Origin: a virus
IMG/VR virus record: IMGVR_UViG_3300013103_000024
Coordinates: 1-39,630 of that record
Strand: one strand, 5' to 3'
DNA length: 39,630 nucleotides
Shown: one piece after another, positions 1-9,084 of the stretch
Numbering within the stretch: the first letter of the stretch is position 1
Layout: every line of letters starts with the position of its first letter
Notes under the pieces: model-generated
Told to the model about the DNA's origin: nothing
Seen by the model: only the letters and a program-made list of their open reading frames with translations
Databases searched by the model: none
Position numbers and translations under genes: made by a program

Positions 1-128
1 TGTTGCACTAAGACGTATTTTTTTGCTGAGTTAATTCGCAGTAAAATATTATCTATCTGCCCTTTCCGGGCGAGCGTTTCGACGTCTTGTATGACGTCTT
101 CGAGATATTGTAATATATCTTCAGTCAT
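1..128 (-). CDS. Hypothetical protein, runs off the left edge (MTEDILQYLEDVIQDVETLARKGQ...)
   Basis: Hand translation. ATG at 128 lies just after the stop of the upstream minus-strand gene, with a GGAGG-like RBS; open to position 1. Confidence 0.55.
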   Translation of the reverse strand, partial: MTEDILQYLEDVIQDVETLARKGQIDNILLRINSAKKYVLVQ

Positions 129-133
129 GGTTT

Positions 134-292
134 TTATTCCTCCAATCTTAAAATTTCTGCGCATTCTTCAGAGCACGCATAAAATATTCTCTCGTAAGGA
201 GTGTATTTTTCAAGCTCTATACTTATTCCAGTGCCAGCAGGGATTGTTTTTTGGCAGGCAGCGCATATTGTTTCTTCAACGTTTGTTGTCAT
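134..292 (-). CDS. 52-aa zinc-finger protein (TRASH/MYM-like, CxxC...CSxxC)
   Basis: Hand translation MTTNVEETICAACQKTIP...FYACSEECAEILRLEE; RBS AGGTGA. Missed by the ORF track (below its length cut-off). Confidence 0.6.
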   Translation of the reverse strand: MTTNVEETICAACQKTIPAGTGISIELEKYTPYERIFYACSEECAEILRLEE

Positions 293-328
293 TTTTTTAT
301 TCACCTTCTTAAAATTTTTTTGAGGAGG

Positions 329-577
329 TTAAGCCTCCTCGTCTTCGTCATATTCGTCGTCATCTTCAACGTACAGACTTTCAAAAACTGTTAAACCAGG
401 CAACCTCAAACCAGGCGGTGATGATCGAGATGCATATTGATCAGAAACGATCACATCAACAAAGTTCTCTTCTTCATGCTTGATTATGTCGACTTGACGA
501 AAGTTATGCAATATAACATGATCACCCCGAACCGTGACCGCCTCTGGACAATATTCCTGTCTAACAATAATTTCCAT
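329..577 (-). CDS. Hypothetical protein with acidic C-terminal tail
   Basis: 82-aa ORF, RBS GGTGAGG, co-oriented with neighbours. Confidence 0.6.
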   Translation of the reverse strand: MEIIVRQEYCPEAVTVRGDHVILHNFRQVDIIKHEEENFVDVIVSDQYASRSSPPGLRLPGLTVFESLYVEDDDEYDEDEEA

Positions 578-614
578 TATTCCTCACCTATCCAATTTCG
601 TCTCCACATATCCA

Positions 615-812
615 CTACCTCAACCAATCTTCTCTCTTCAACGAGTATCGCATTAAGAGAGAGAGAGATTGTACTTCTATCAATTGCTCAATTCTCTTGC
701 ATAGAGCATGCATGTTCTTATTCAATTCCGCAAGCTCAGTACTGCTGTTCTGCAGCTCAGAGCTTATATTCCCAAGCTCGCCGAGGAGCTCAAACTGTAT
801 TTCTTCTGACAT
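615..812 (-). CDS. Hypothetical coiled-coil protein
   Basis: 65-aa ORF, RBS AGGTGA, heptad-like pattern. Confidence 0.6.
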   Translation of the reverse strand: MSEEIQFELLGELGNISSELQNSSTELAELNKNMHALCKRIEQLIEVQSLSLLMRYSLKREDWLR

Positions 813-814
813 TT

Positions 815-1000
815 TTATTCACCTTCCATTATCTCAACTGTATCCCAATCTTCTGTACCGGCGTGGGTGCCGTACATTTTCCAAAAGTCAACTATCTCTT
901 CGTCGCTCATCTCTGAGAGATTGTTTTGCTCCTGAAATGATTGAGGAAGATCGGATATTAATTCCGCTCTGGTTGCTATGTATGTGTATTCTTCATTCAT
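815..1000 (-). CDS. Hypothetical acidic protein
   Basis: 61-aa ORF, RBS AGGTGA, first gene of the leftward operon. Confidence 0.6.
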   Translation of the reverse strand: MNEEYTYIATRAELISDLPQSFQEQNNLSEMSDEEIVDFWKMYGTHAGTEDWDTVEIMEGE

Positions 1001-1341
1001 TTTTTATTCACCTTTTACCTCTTTGTTTTTTTTACTTTGTCGCCTGATGCTGTTTGAGATTGTCATACTGCATATCTCATGTTGCATCTTTCGACATACT
1101 ACCATATAACACTATAGTATATAAAGCTATCGTCTTCTACTGATAGCGTTTTTGAAAATATTGCTTATTTTTTGTATTTTCATAATGCAAAAAGTGCAAC
1201 ATGCTTTACCGATAGCGATTTTTGTGATCGTGTTTTTTAAAACATGCAAGGAATAATATATTTACAATGACATAGCAATATAATACTAAATTAAATAATA
1301 ATAATATAAGTAAGTAAGTAATAAAAGTAAGTAGTATATGG

Positions 1342-1354
1342 TATAAATAGTTTT
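1342..1354 (+). promoter_or_regulatory. Candidate late promoter TATA element TATAAATAGTTTT
   Basis: In the AT-rich divergent intergenic region ahead of the packaging operon; an identical 13-mer lies on the minus strand at 27197-27209. Confidence 0.4.
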
Positions 1355-1544
1355 CGGAAAGTATATAACCAGGACCGTGTGAATGGAAAAGATTATTAAG
1401 CATAAATGTTATTCAAAAAAATTACCCGCAGTTATTTAAACTGAAATCAGCACCGGGCAATAAAGTTTATGAAAATATGATAAAAAAAAAGTTATCAGAT
1501 TTTATTTAGAAGTTAACCAGAAAAATAATAGGAAGATTATAAAA

Positions 1545-2735
1545 ATGAAGATTGAAACAAAAAACATAGACGACTTGAAGCCATATCCACACAACCCAAA
1601 GCTGCATCCACCAGAACAGATCGAAAAGATTGCACAAAGTATTAAGGAGTTTGGCTTTCTTGTGCCAATCCTGATCGATGCTGGTAATAATATCATTGCA
1701 GGACATGGGAGGCTGCTGGCTGCACGAAAGCTCGGATTCGTAGAGATACCCACCATCTGTGCAGATCACCTTTCAAATGCACAGATACGGGCTTACAGAA
1801 TTGCAGATAATAAGCTTACTGAATCGGCATGGGATATGGAGCTCCTGGAATCAGAGATAGCTGCATTGCAGGACCTGAACTTTGATATTGATTTAACAGG
1901 GTTCGATGATATTGAGATTGGCGAACTGTTCACAGATACACCAGAACCAGAAGACTTTGACGCAGAATCAGCGATAGAAGATGAGAGCCCGCCGATAGTA
2001 CAGACTGGGGAGTTATGGATTCTCGGTGATCACCGGCTGCTTTGTGGGGACTCCACAAAGAGCGAGGATGTGGAGCGACTGATGGGTGGCAAGAAGGCAG
2101 ATATGGTGTTTACCGATCCGCCTTATAATATTGGATTTAAATATGAACATTATAATGATAAAAAAAGAAATGACGAGTATCTTGAATTTTGTCGAATCTG
2201 GTTTAATAATATTCAAGACATTAAAAAAATAATAATTACGCCCGGTCCACGAAATTTATCAATTTGGTATGATATTAAAGAGCCGAGAGACACAGGGATA
2301 TGGGTAAAAACAAACTCACGAAGCGGAGCAAGTTTATTTCATTTTAGGTTATGTGAACCAATAATTTTTTATGGTGATTTTAAAAACAAAAGAAATAATG
2401 ATTTATTTGAATATTCACGAAGCATCGACTCAGTTAAAACTGAGTCGGAAAAAAACAACAATGTCGAAAATGTAGCACCAGCAAAACCTGTGAAATTAAT
2501 AATGGATTTATTACAAAATTACTCAAAAAACAATCAAATTATTCTTGATCTCTTCGGCGGTTCTGGCACAACTCTCATCGCATGTGAGCAACTCAACCGT
2601 AGGTGTTACATGTGTGAAATATCAGAAAAATATTGTGGCGTGATCCTTGATAGATGGGCAAACTACACAAAAGAAGACCCGATCCGAGAGGACGGCATGA
2701 AATGGTCGGAACTGAAAGAATCACAGCAACATTAA
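1545..2735 (+). CDS. ParB-like N-terminal domain fused to a beta-class amino (N6A/N4C) DNA methyltransferase
   Basis: N-terminal LKPYPHNPKLH...IIAGHGRLLAA...DNKL (ParB/Srx); catalytic DPPY precedes SAM-binding DLFGGSGTT; typical position just before terminase. Confidence 0.9.
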   Translation: MKIETKNIDDLKPYPHNPKLHPPEQIEKIAQSIKEFGFLVPILIDAGNNIIAGHGRLLAARKLGFVEIPTICADHLSNAQIRAYRIADNKLTESAWDMELLESEIAALQDLNFDIDLTGFDDIEIGELFTDTPEPEDFDAESAIEDESPPIVQTGELWILGDHRLLCGDSTKSEDVERLMGGKKADMVFTDPPYNIGFKYEHYNDKKRNDEYLEFCRIWFNNIQDIKKIIITPGPRNLSIWYDIKEPRDTGIWVKTNSRSGASLFHFRLCEPIIFYGDFKNKRNNDLFEYSRSIDSVKTESEKNNNVENVAPAKPVKLIMDLLQNYSKNNQIILDLFGGSGTTLIACEQLNRRCYMCEISEKYCGVILDRWANYTKEDPIREDGMKWSELKESQQH

Positions 2736-2766
2736 TAAACATCATTTAATATAAGAGTAGGTTATT

Positions 2767-3288
2767 ATGAAGGAAAAACAAAAACATATTGCTGCTTATG
2801 ATTTCTACAGAGATCATAATAATCGCAGTTATCAAGCAGTGGCAAAGGCATTCAATGTATCAGTAACGTCAGTTAAGAAATGGGCTAAGGAATTTAACTG
2901 GCAAAGACGGATTGCTGCATGGGACATGGCTATCAGGGAAGGATTGGAAGAAGCTGCACTTAGTTCTGTAGTTGATACTCGGATCAAAGCACTTGAACAA
3001 ACCGATGAAATATTAAGAGAACTTACAGCTGTCAAGCCCGCATTAATGGCAGCAATACAAAGCTGTACTTATGTAGATGAAGAAACAGGTAAAAGAGTGC
3101 TCAAAAACAAAGTTAGACCTGGCAATACAAATGACATGGTTGGGGTTTGTAATTCATTAGCAAAACTTAATGCGTCGATAACCAAGATCATTGAACTTAA
3201 TAGAAAAATCATGGGAGAATCAGATAATATAAATAATAAAATTATAATTGAAGTACAATATGAAGACGATGAACAAGAACAAAATTAA
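2767..3288 (+). CDS. terS: Terminase small subunit (HTH-containing)
   Basis: N-terminal HTH SYQAVAKAFNVSVTSVKKWAKEFNW followed by helical region; overlaps the start of TerL. Confidence 0.7.
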   Translation: MKEKQKHIAAYDFYRDHNNRSYQAVAKAFNVSVTSVKKWAKEFNWQRRIAAWDMAIREGLEEAALSSVVDTRIKALEQTDEILRELTAVKPALMAAIQSCTYVDEETGKRVLKNKVRPGNTNDMVGVCNSLAKLNASITKIIELNRKIMGESDNINNKIIIEVQYEDDEQEQN

Positions 3289-4552
3289 AGTTGTTCTTCG
3301 CAAACCACATAAAATTCAGCAGCAGATTAGAGACAGCCCGGCAAAGCGAAAGATTGTTCGAGCAGGTAGACGCGGGGGCAAGACAGTGTGTGCTGCATCC
3401 ATTTGTGTTGAAAAATTCTTACAAGGACAACGTCCATTGTATGCTGCACCGACATCGGACCAGCTCGAAACATTCTGGTTTGAAGTTAAGAAAGCACTAC
3501 AGGAGCCAATAGATGCGGGCGTATTCAGGAAGAATGAAACAGATCATACCATATTGCGTCCCGGCACAAAAAATCGTATTAAAGGGAAGACTGCGTGGAA
3601 TGCTGATACTTTACGGGGAGACTACGCAGACGTTTTGATATTAGATGAGTTCCAACTAATGAACGAGGACACGTGGGGGATTGTGGGTGCACCAATGTTG
3701 CTTGATAATGATGGAGATGCAATGTTCATCTACACGCCGCCATCACGGACGTCCCGATCAGTGTCAAAAGCACGCGATCCATTGCACGCTGCCAAGATGT
3801 TTAAGAGGGCACAACAGGATACAACTGGTAGGTGGGAAGCATTTCATTTTACATCGTTTGATAATCCATATATTTCAAAAGTTGCACTTGATGAAATCAC
3901 AGAGGACATGACAAATCTTGCATACAGACAAGAGATACTTGCAGAAGATATTGAGGAAGTACCAGGTGCATTATGGAACCGAAAATTATTAGCAGATACC
4001 AGAGTTACTCAACATCCTGATCTGGTACGAATCGTGGTGGGGGTTGATCCAACCGGTTCTCAACATAACGAGACAGGTATTATTGTAGCAGGGAAAGATG
4101 CAAATGGACATGGTTATGTTCTCGATGATAAGAGTTTGTTAGGATCACCAGGAGAGTGGGGGGACGCGGTTATAACAGCATATAATCATAATAAAGCAGA
4201 TATAATTGTAGCAGAAGCAAATTTTGGGGGAGAAATGGTTGAATCAAATATAATGGGAATTGCGGAGACTACAAATCAAACATGTCGCTATAAAAGTGTC
4301 CACGCCTCGAGAGGTAAAGCAATGAGGGCAGAGCCAATCGTAGCAAGATATGAGAAGGGCATCATCCATCATGTCGGAGAATTTCCAGTATTGGAAGATG
4401 AAATGGTATCATGGGTGTCGGGCGAATCGAAATATTCACCAAACAGGATTGATGCATTAGTGTGGGCATTCACAGAGTTGTTCATACAGCAGCCAGAAGT
4501 GTTAGATGAATCCCCACTCCCACCACCAAGTGGGGGCGGTTGCAGAACATGA
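3260..4552 (+). CDS. terL: Terminase large subunit
   Basis: Walker A RAGRRGGKT, Walker B LILDEF, RNase H-like nuclease VGVDP and D..DALVWA. Start uncertain (3248 TTG, 3260 or 3269 ATG). Confidence 0.95.
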   Translation: MKTMNKNKIKVVLRKPHKIQQQIRDSPAKRKIVRAGRRGGKTVCAASICVEKFLQGQRPLYAAPTSDQLETFWFEVKKALQEPIDAGVFRKNETDHTILRPGTKNRIKGKTAWNADTLRGDYADVLILDEFQLMNEDTWGIVGAPMLLDNDGDAMFIYTPPSRTSRSVSKARDPLHAAKMFKRAQQDTTGRWEAFHFTSFDNPYISKVALDEITEDMTNLAYRQEILAEDIEEVPGALWNRKLLADTRVTQHPDLVRIVVGVDPTGSQHNETGIIVAGKDANGHGYVLDDKSLLGSPGEWGDAVITAYNHNKADIIVAEANFGGEMVESNIMGIAETTNQTCRYKSVHASRGKAMRAEPIVARYEKGIIHHVGEFPVLEDEMVSWVSGESKYSPNRIDALVWAFTELFIQQPEVLDESPLPPPSGGGCRT

Positions 4553-4594
4553 TACAACATTTTATATATACAAAAGAAGTAAAAGAGGAATAAT

Positions 4595-5026
4595 ATGGCA
4601 TATTCTACTTATGCAGAACTTGCAGCAATTACGGGTACAACACTCTCCACAGCAACACTGGAAGCTATCATTGCTCAGGCAGATAGAGAAATTAATGCAA
4701 AATTGTATGCAGCAGGACTCACCCCACCAGTATCTGACGACATGTTAAAAGCAGCATCTCTAGATCTTGCACATATAGCAGTAATTGTTCATACACGTAT
4801 AATGAATGAAGAAGCAAGACATCCAGAATCAGCAAAACGATGGATAAATGATGGGCAAGATAGAGAAATTAAAGAACTTAGAGAGAGGGCGTGGGAAATT
4901 GTAAATGCATATATTACTTATTCATCTTCATCATGTCCTTTACCATCCATTGCAATAGTGGGGCGAAGAGGACGACGTATTGGTGAATATGAAGAAATGA
5001 CTGAAGAACAGGAGGATGATTATTAA
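4595..5026 (+). CDS. Head-tail adaptor-like (gp6/gp15-like) helical protein
   Basis: Pattern AYST.AEL...TL..II..ADREIN..L......DDMLK.ASL; stop overlaps the portal start (TAATG). Confidence 0.5.
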   Translation: MAYSTYAELAAITGTTLSTATLEAIIAQADREINAKLYAAGLTPPVSDDMLKAASLDLAHIAVIVHTRIMNEEARHPESAKRWINDGQDREIKELRERAWEIVNAYITYSSSSCPLPSIAIVGRRGRRIGEYEEMTEEQEDDY

Positions 5027-6423
5027 TGCCACGAGCATCTGATATTACTCGTATTAAAAAAGATGAAGACGTCTTAAAACTTGCAGCATCTGGTAATAAT
5101 CCCATTAAAATAGCAGAAATAATATCAAAAGAATCTGGACATAATATTAGTTCTGCATCTGTAAGAAGATTTTTAGCAAAAAATAGTGTGAATGCTGTAA
5201 TATCAAATGAATATACAGCACTTAAAATGCTTGCAGCAGCAATATCTGGATTGGCAGATACACGAGACACAGCTACCTCATCATATTTTGGAAATTATCA
5301 ACTTAACACTACAAACAATTTCACAAAGTATTATGGGCTTGCAAGGGGGATTGGAAATGGACAGGTGATGCGAGCTTTTAAAAATATTGCTTTGAAGATT
5401 ACAAACGGTGCGAGGATTGTTGGAGATGAAAAAGATACAGAAAAAATTGCTGATTTAATGGAAGCTATTAATTTTTCATCATTATTACAAAATGTTGTCC
5501 GGTACACATGTGAGATGGGGACGTGTCTCATTGGAATGAAAGCAAAAAATACATATATTCAACCCATAATACTACCAATACAATATTATGTATTATTAAC
5601 AGATGATGAAACACCCGGAGTAATTGAAGATAGTTTAGTTCATGGTGATGTGACAAAAATTGTTTTTAATGAAATGGGAGAGAAATCAAAATCTTTTGAG
5701 CGTGATGAAATCGGATTATTGCGATTATGGGAAGGTGGTAATGAAATGAGAGATATATCTGGACGTTCTACTTTTGGAATATATGGTGAATCTATGACAA
5801 TTGGAATAGAAATACCACTCAAATCACTTATTAACAGTTCTTATTATTATGATCGATTTATTGAACGTTATGGACTTGGGCGATTACATATTAATCTAAA
5901 AACACTTGCAGATATGATTAAAGACGGAATAGTGAAGCCAGCAGCAGCAGAAAAAGCACAAGAAAAAGAGGTTGCTGCACTTCAAAAAATTGGAGCAAAT
6001 GAAGACATAGTTTCAACTGGACGTGAAATTTCAATGATAGAATCAAAAACAGGTTTTGATATAGTGCCTTATCTTGAATGGAGACGGAAACAGATTGATA
6101 GGGCTTTATTGCAATCAGATGTTGGGAGTGGTGATGTTGGCAGTTCATGGACATCGGCTGGCACAGTAGTATCAGCACAAGATTATGATTCTTATGTTTC
6201 ATTACGAGAAACATTATTTAGTCAATTTATGACTGAAATTATTGCACCGCGATGTGAGGAATTTGGCATTAAACCAGAAACAATTTCAATTACGGCAGCA
6301 CCATTTTTAAAAATAAACATACCATTTAAAACACTCACAGATTGGGTTAATATTGGTTTAATTTCAAAAGGCGAAGCACGAGTTAGAGGTGGTTTTCCTA
6401 TAGATATGCCAGATGAAGAATAA
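5026..6423 (+). CDS. Portal protein with N-terminal HTH-like extension
   Basis: 465 aa, after terminase and before protease; portal-like segments (LLQNVVRYTCEMGTCL, R..FGIYGES, FIERYG); first ~50 aa resemble an HTH. Confidence 0.7.
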   Translation: MPRASDITRIKKDEDVLKLAASGNNPIKIAEIISKESGHNISSASVRRFLAKNSVNAVISNEYTALKMLAAAISGLADTRDTATSSYFGNYQLNTTNNFTKYYGLARGIGNGQVMRAFKNIALKITNGARIVGDEKDTEKIADLMEAINFSSLLQNVVRYTCEMGTCLIGMKAKNTYIQPIILPIQYYVLLTDDETPGVIEDSLVHGDVTKIVFNEMGEKSKSFERDEIGLLRLWEGGNEMRDISGRSTFGIYGESMTIGIEIPLKSLINSSYYYDRFIERYGLGRLHINLKTLADMIKDGIVKPAAAEKAQEKEVAALQKIGANEDIVSTGREISMIESKTGFDIVPYLEWRRKQIDRALLQSDVGSGDVGSSWTSAGTVVSAQDYDSYVSLRETLFSQFMTEIIAPRCEEFGIKPETISITAAPFLKINIPFKTLTDWVNIGLISKGEARVRGGFPIDMPDEE

Positions 6424-6534
6424 AATTATTTAATTTGAATTATTTCAATGCGTGGCGGAAAGTATAACATAACCATTGACAATTTTTTACATAATTTGTA
6501 TGTTTGCGTAAGATCACAGTGACAAGCACCCCAA

Positions 6535-6897
6535 TCATTTAAAACATTCCTCCCCCGGTCTTTCCCAGATGTTCCCCCACCGCTTTCCTTCAATATGCTT
6601 TTCAAATGTGATTTCCTTGTAATTCTTAATGACATTATGGAATCTATTCCATTCCTTGTCATCCCCTTCATCATGAATAATATCTATTACACACATTGGA
6701 TGCATGAATAAGAATCGCAGTGCTTTGTGTGCATAAAATATTTCATAAATATACCTCCATTCATCATATCCTTTGAAATCATCATCATCGATTTTCATGG
6801 CTTTGCCAGATAACCAAGAATTTACCCATGATTTATCGAGATTAACATATTCCTGACAGTGATGACATACTAATTTTTTTAATTTGATTCCAATCAA
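6535..6897 (-). CDS. Hypothetical protein with N-terminal CxxC, inverted within the head module
   Basis: 120-aa ORF, TTG start directly after the stop of the RHH gene. Confidence 0.55.
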   Translation of the reverse strand: MIGIKLKKLVCHHCQEYVNLDKSWVNSWLSGKAMKIDDDDFKGYDEWRYIYEIFYAHKALRFLFMHPMCVIDIIHDEGDDKEWNRFHNVIKNYKEITFEKHIEGKRWGNIWERPGEECFK

Positions 6898-6901
6898 TCA
6901 T

Positions 6902-7054
6902 TCAAAACATCTCTTTAATGAACATATCTATCCGATTAGGTTTGTTCACAAATTCTATCATTTTATCTGTGACATCTTTCCGAGTTGTGCGTTGTGAAAA
7001 TGCTATTTCTTCAATTTCTTTATATGACTTTTCAGATACTGCTATATTTGCCAT
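6902..7054 (-). CDS. Ribbon-helix-helix (CopG-like) DNA-binding protein, 50 aa
   Basis: Hand translation MANIAVSEKSYKEIEEIAFSQRTTRKDVTDKMIEFVNKPNRIDMFIKEMF: alternating beta-strand then two helices. Not in the ORF track. Confidence 0.65.
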   Translation of the reverse strand: MANIAVSEKSYKEIEEIAFSQRTTRKDVTDKMIEFVNKPNRIDMFIKEMF

Positions 7055-7174
7055 GTTTCTTAATTAGTTTACTAATACTTAAATCTATTGATTTATGAAT
7101 TATTATATTGTAAAATATATCAAAACATTTCGGTAAGGTAATCTTTATATATGTATCCTTATATATAGGAAATT

Positions 7175-8437
7175 ATGCCTTACACTTCCATTGATGCGGC
7201 AAAGACAGCAGGGTTTCCTACAACAGCAGAGGGTATTGCTCTGACACTCACACAAATTAATAAACTTGCTGAAATCTATGATGCAATACAAAAAGCAGGT
7301 ACAGCAAAAAATCCAATGGCTATGGCATGGACGGCATGGAAAAAATTGTATAGAAAAGATGTTGACAGGTGGGTTAAAATTAAAGCAGCAGCAATTCAAT
7401 TTGGCACGGAACCATTTACAGCAACATCTGATAAACCAGATGGTATACCAGATCATGCAGCAATGATTGAGGGCAGAGTAATTCATCTTAATACAAAAAA
7501 CTTGAAAGGATGGGGTGTAACAGCAGCAGCAGCAGAGCAAATTATAGAGGGATTTCCAGAGATTCCAATTAGAGTGTGCAATGATCTCGATCCACATGCA
7601 TGTGATTATAATTTTGACAATTTTGCAAATATAGGATATGTTACAGATGCAAGGATTGAAGATGGTTGGATAATTGCAAGAGCAGCAATTACAGATCAAG
7701 AGGCAATCAAGAAAATCAATGATAATACATGGTTACCATTTGGAAAGGGTGGATGGAGTGTTACAGGTTATCCATCAGACCCTGTACAAGATTTTGAAAC
7801 AAGTGGGCTCACAAACGGTTTTATTCCAACCTCCATTGCACTGATAATAGGTAATGGGAAGCCAGCATTCGAAGGAAGTGGTTTTGAAGTGGTGGCAGCA
7901 GCAATTAATAATTATAGAGGTAATATAAATATGACTAACAAATCAGAAGGCGGGGATGGTCCCGTCATGTATGATCAAGATGCACTTGATGCAGCAGTCA
8001 AGGATGCTCTTGATAAGCAGAAAGTTGAGTATGAAGCATCAATTGAGAAATTAAAAGCAGAAATGACCCCGACAACTGATGTTGAAAAGATGATCGCAGC
8101 AGCAGTGGCACGCGGGCAGGAAGATACCATTGAAGCTATTAGAAAAGATGAGCTTGTAAATGAATATCAAAAAATGCTCACATCAACTATAATTGGTGCA
8201 CCATTTATGACAGATGGTGTTCTTGATCAAACAAAGATTGATGCAAAAATGACAGAAGTTAGAAATATGACATCTGCAGCAATTGCTAAATTAATTAATG
8301 AAGCAAAGTTATTAGTTTCAGCTGCGACACATGACTCAACTTTTGAGAATATGGAAATACCAGGAACACCACCAGGAGCAGAAACACAAGAATCAAAAGA
8401 TATGGCAGTGTGTGAAAAAATGATAGGAGTGATTTAA
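7175..8437 (+). CDS. Prohead protease/scaffold with N-terminal ChaB-like domain
   Basis: N-terminus PY.S...AMAWTAWKKLYRKD.DRWVK is ChaB-like; middle H...IGYVTDARIEDGWIIARA.I...GWSV resembles HK97/S78-type protease; C-terminal coiled-coil scaffold. Confidence 0.72.
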   Translation: MPYTSIDAAKTAGFPTTAEGIALTLTQINKLAEIYDAIQKAGTAKNPMAMAWTAWKKLYRKDVDRWVKIKAAAIQFGTEPFTATSDKPDGIPDHAAMIEGRVIHLNTKNLKGWGVTAAAAEQIIEGFPEIPIRVCNDLDPHACDYNFDNFANIGYVTDARIEDGWIIARAAITDQEAIKKINDNTWLPFGKGGWSVTGYPSDPVQDFETSGLTNGFIPTSIALIIGNGKPAFEGSGFEVVAAAINNYRGNINMTNKSEGGDGPVMYDQDALDAAVKDALDKQKVEYEASIEKLKAEMTPTTDVEKMIAAAVARGQEDTIEAIRKDELVNEYQKMLTSTIIGAPFMTDGVLDQTKIDAKMTEVRNMTSAAIAKLINEAKLLVSAATHDSTFENMEIPGTPPGAETQESKDMAVCEKMIGVI

Positions 8438-8438
8438 T

Positions 8439-9083
8439 ATGACAGACTTGAGTAATAATATAACAGGAAATTATCCAACAAAGGGACCAATAATCCCTTG
8501 CATTCTTGATGAGGGTGCACCAACAGTAGTTGATTCAGGAACGGTATTTGACATGCAAAACATTACGAGAAAAACCCTAACATGGGCATCTCCACTTGCA
8601 AGAGGAAACATGGTTGCAATTTCCAATGATACAGCATGCACATGGGTTGCAACCGGGGGCATTCCAGTTATGGAACGCGCTGTTAATGGAGAAAGTCTTG
8701 TGATTGGAAAAATCATATCGACTCCTGGAGTATTTGCAGAACCAGCAAATGATGCAGCAGCCAATACGCTTGCAGAAAGACTTGCTGGTGGTTATTATAG
8801 AACTGCGCTTGTAGAGATTTATGGAGGAATCACCTGTATCCAGAAGGCAGAAGTTTATCTTGATGGTAGTAATGGTTTTACAGTTGGACAATGTACAACA
8901 CTTAAGCACAATTTAACTGGTGATTATGCAGATGATAATACAGAGGAAATTCAGTTAATTACTGCTGCGAGTGGTGGGACTGGAATCGTTGCATTCCATT
9001 ATGGAGCAAGTGGTGATGCGGGGGATATTTTGAATTGTCTTGTTGGAATAAATGGACCAATAACATCATTAACAGGAGCATAA
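8439..9083 (+). CDS. Probable head decoration/cement protein
   Basis: 214 aa, Gly/Ala/Thr-rich, between protease and major capsid genes. Confidence 0.5.
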   Translation: MTDLSNNITGNYPTKGPIIPCILDEGAPTVVDSGTVFDMQNITRKTLTWASPLARGNMVAISNDTACTWVATGGIPVMERAVNGESLVIGKIISTPGVFAEPANDAAANTLAERLAGGYYRTALVEIYGGITCIQKAEVYLDGSNGFTVGQCTTLKHNLTGDYADDNTEEIQLITAASGGTGIVAFHYGASGDAGDILNCLVGINGPITSLTGA

Positions 9084-9084
9084 T

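Noticed and set aside
91-1047. Plus-strand ORFs 91-312, 437-916 and 697-1047
   Set aside because: Antisense to five minus-strand genes that have clear RBSs; composition is typical of shadow frames. The same applies to most short opposite-strand ORFs in the track.
1149-1161. ATATTTTCAAAAA shared (inverted) with 35743-35755
   Set aside because: Nearly all A/T; a chance match is plausible in this genome.
1270-1340. TAA/TAAG microsatellite-like run
   Set aside because: Low-complexity AT-rich promoter spacer with no regular unit.
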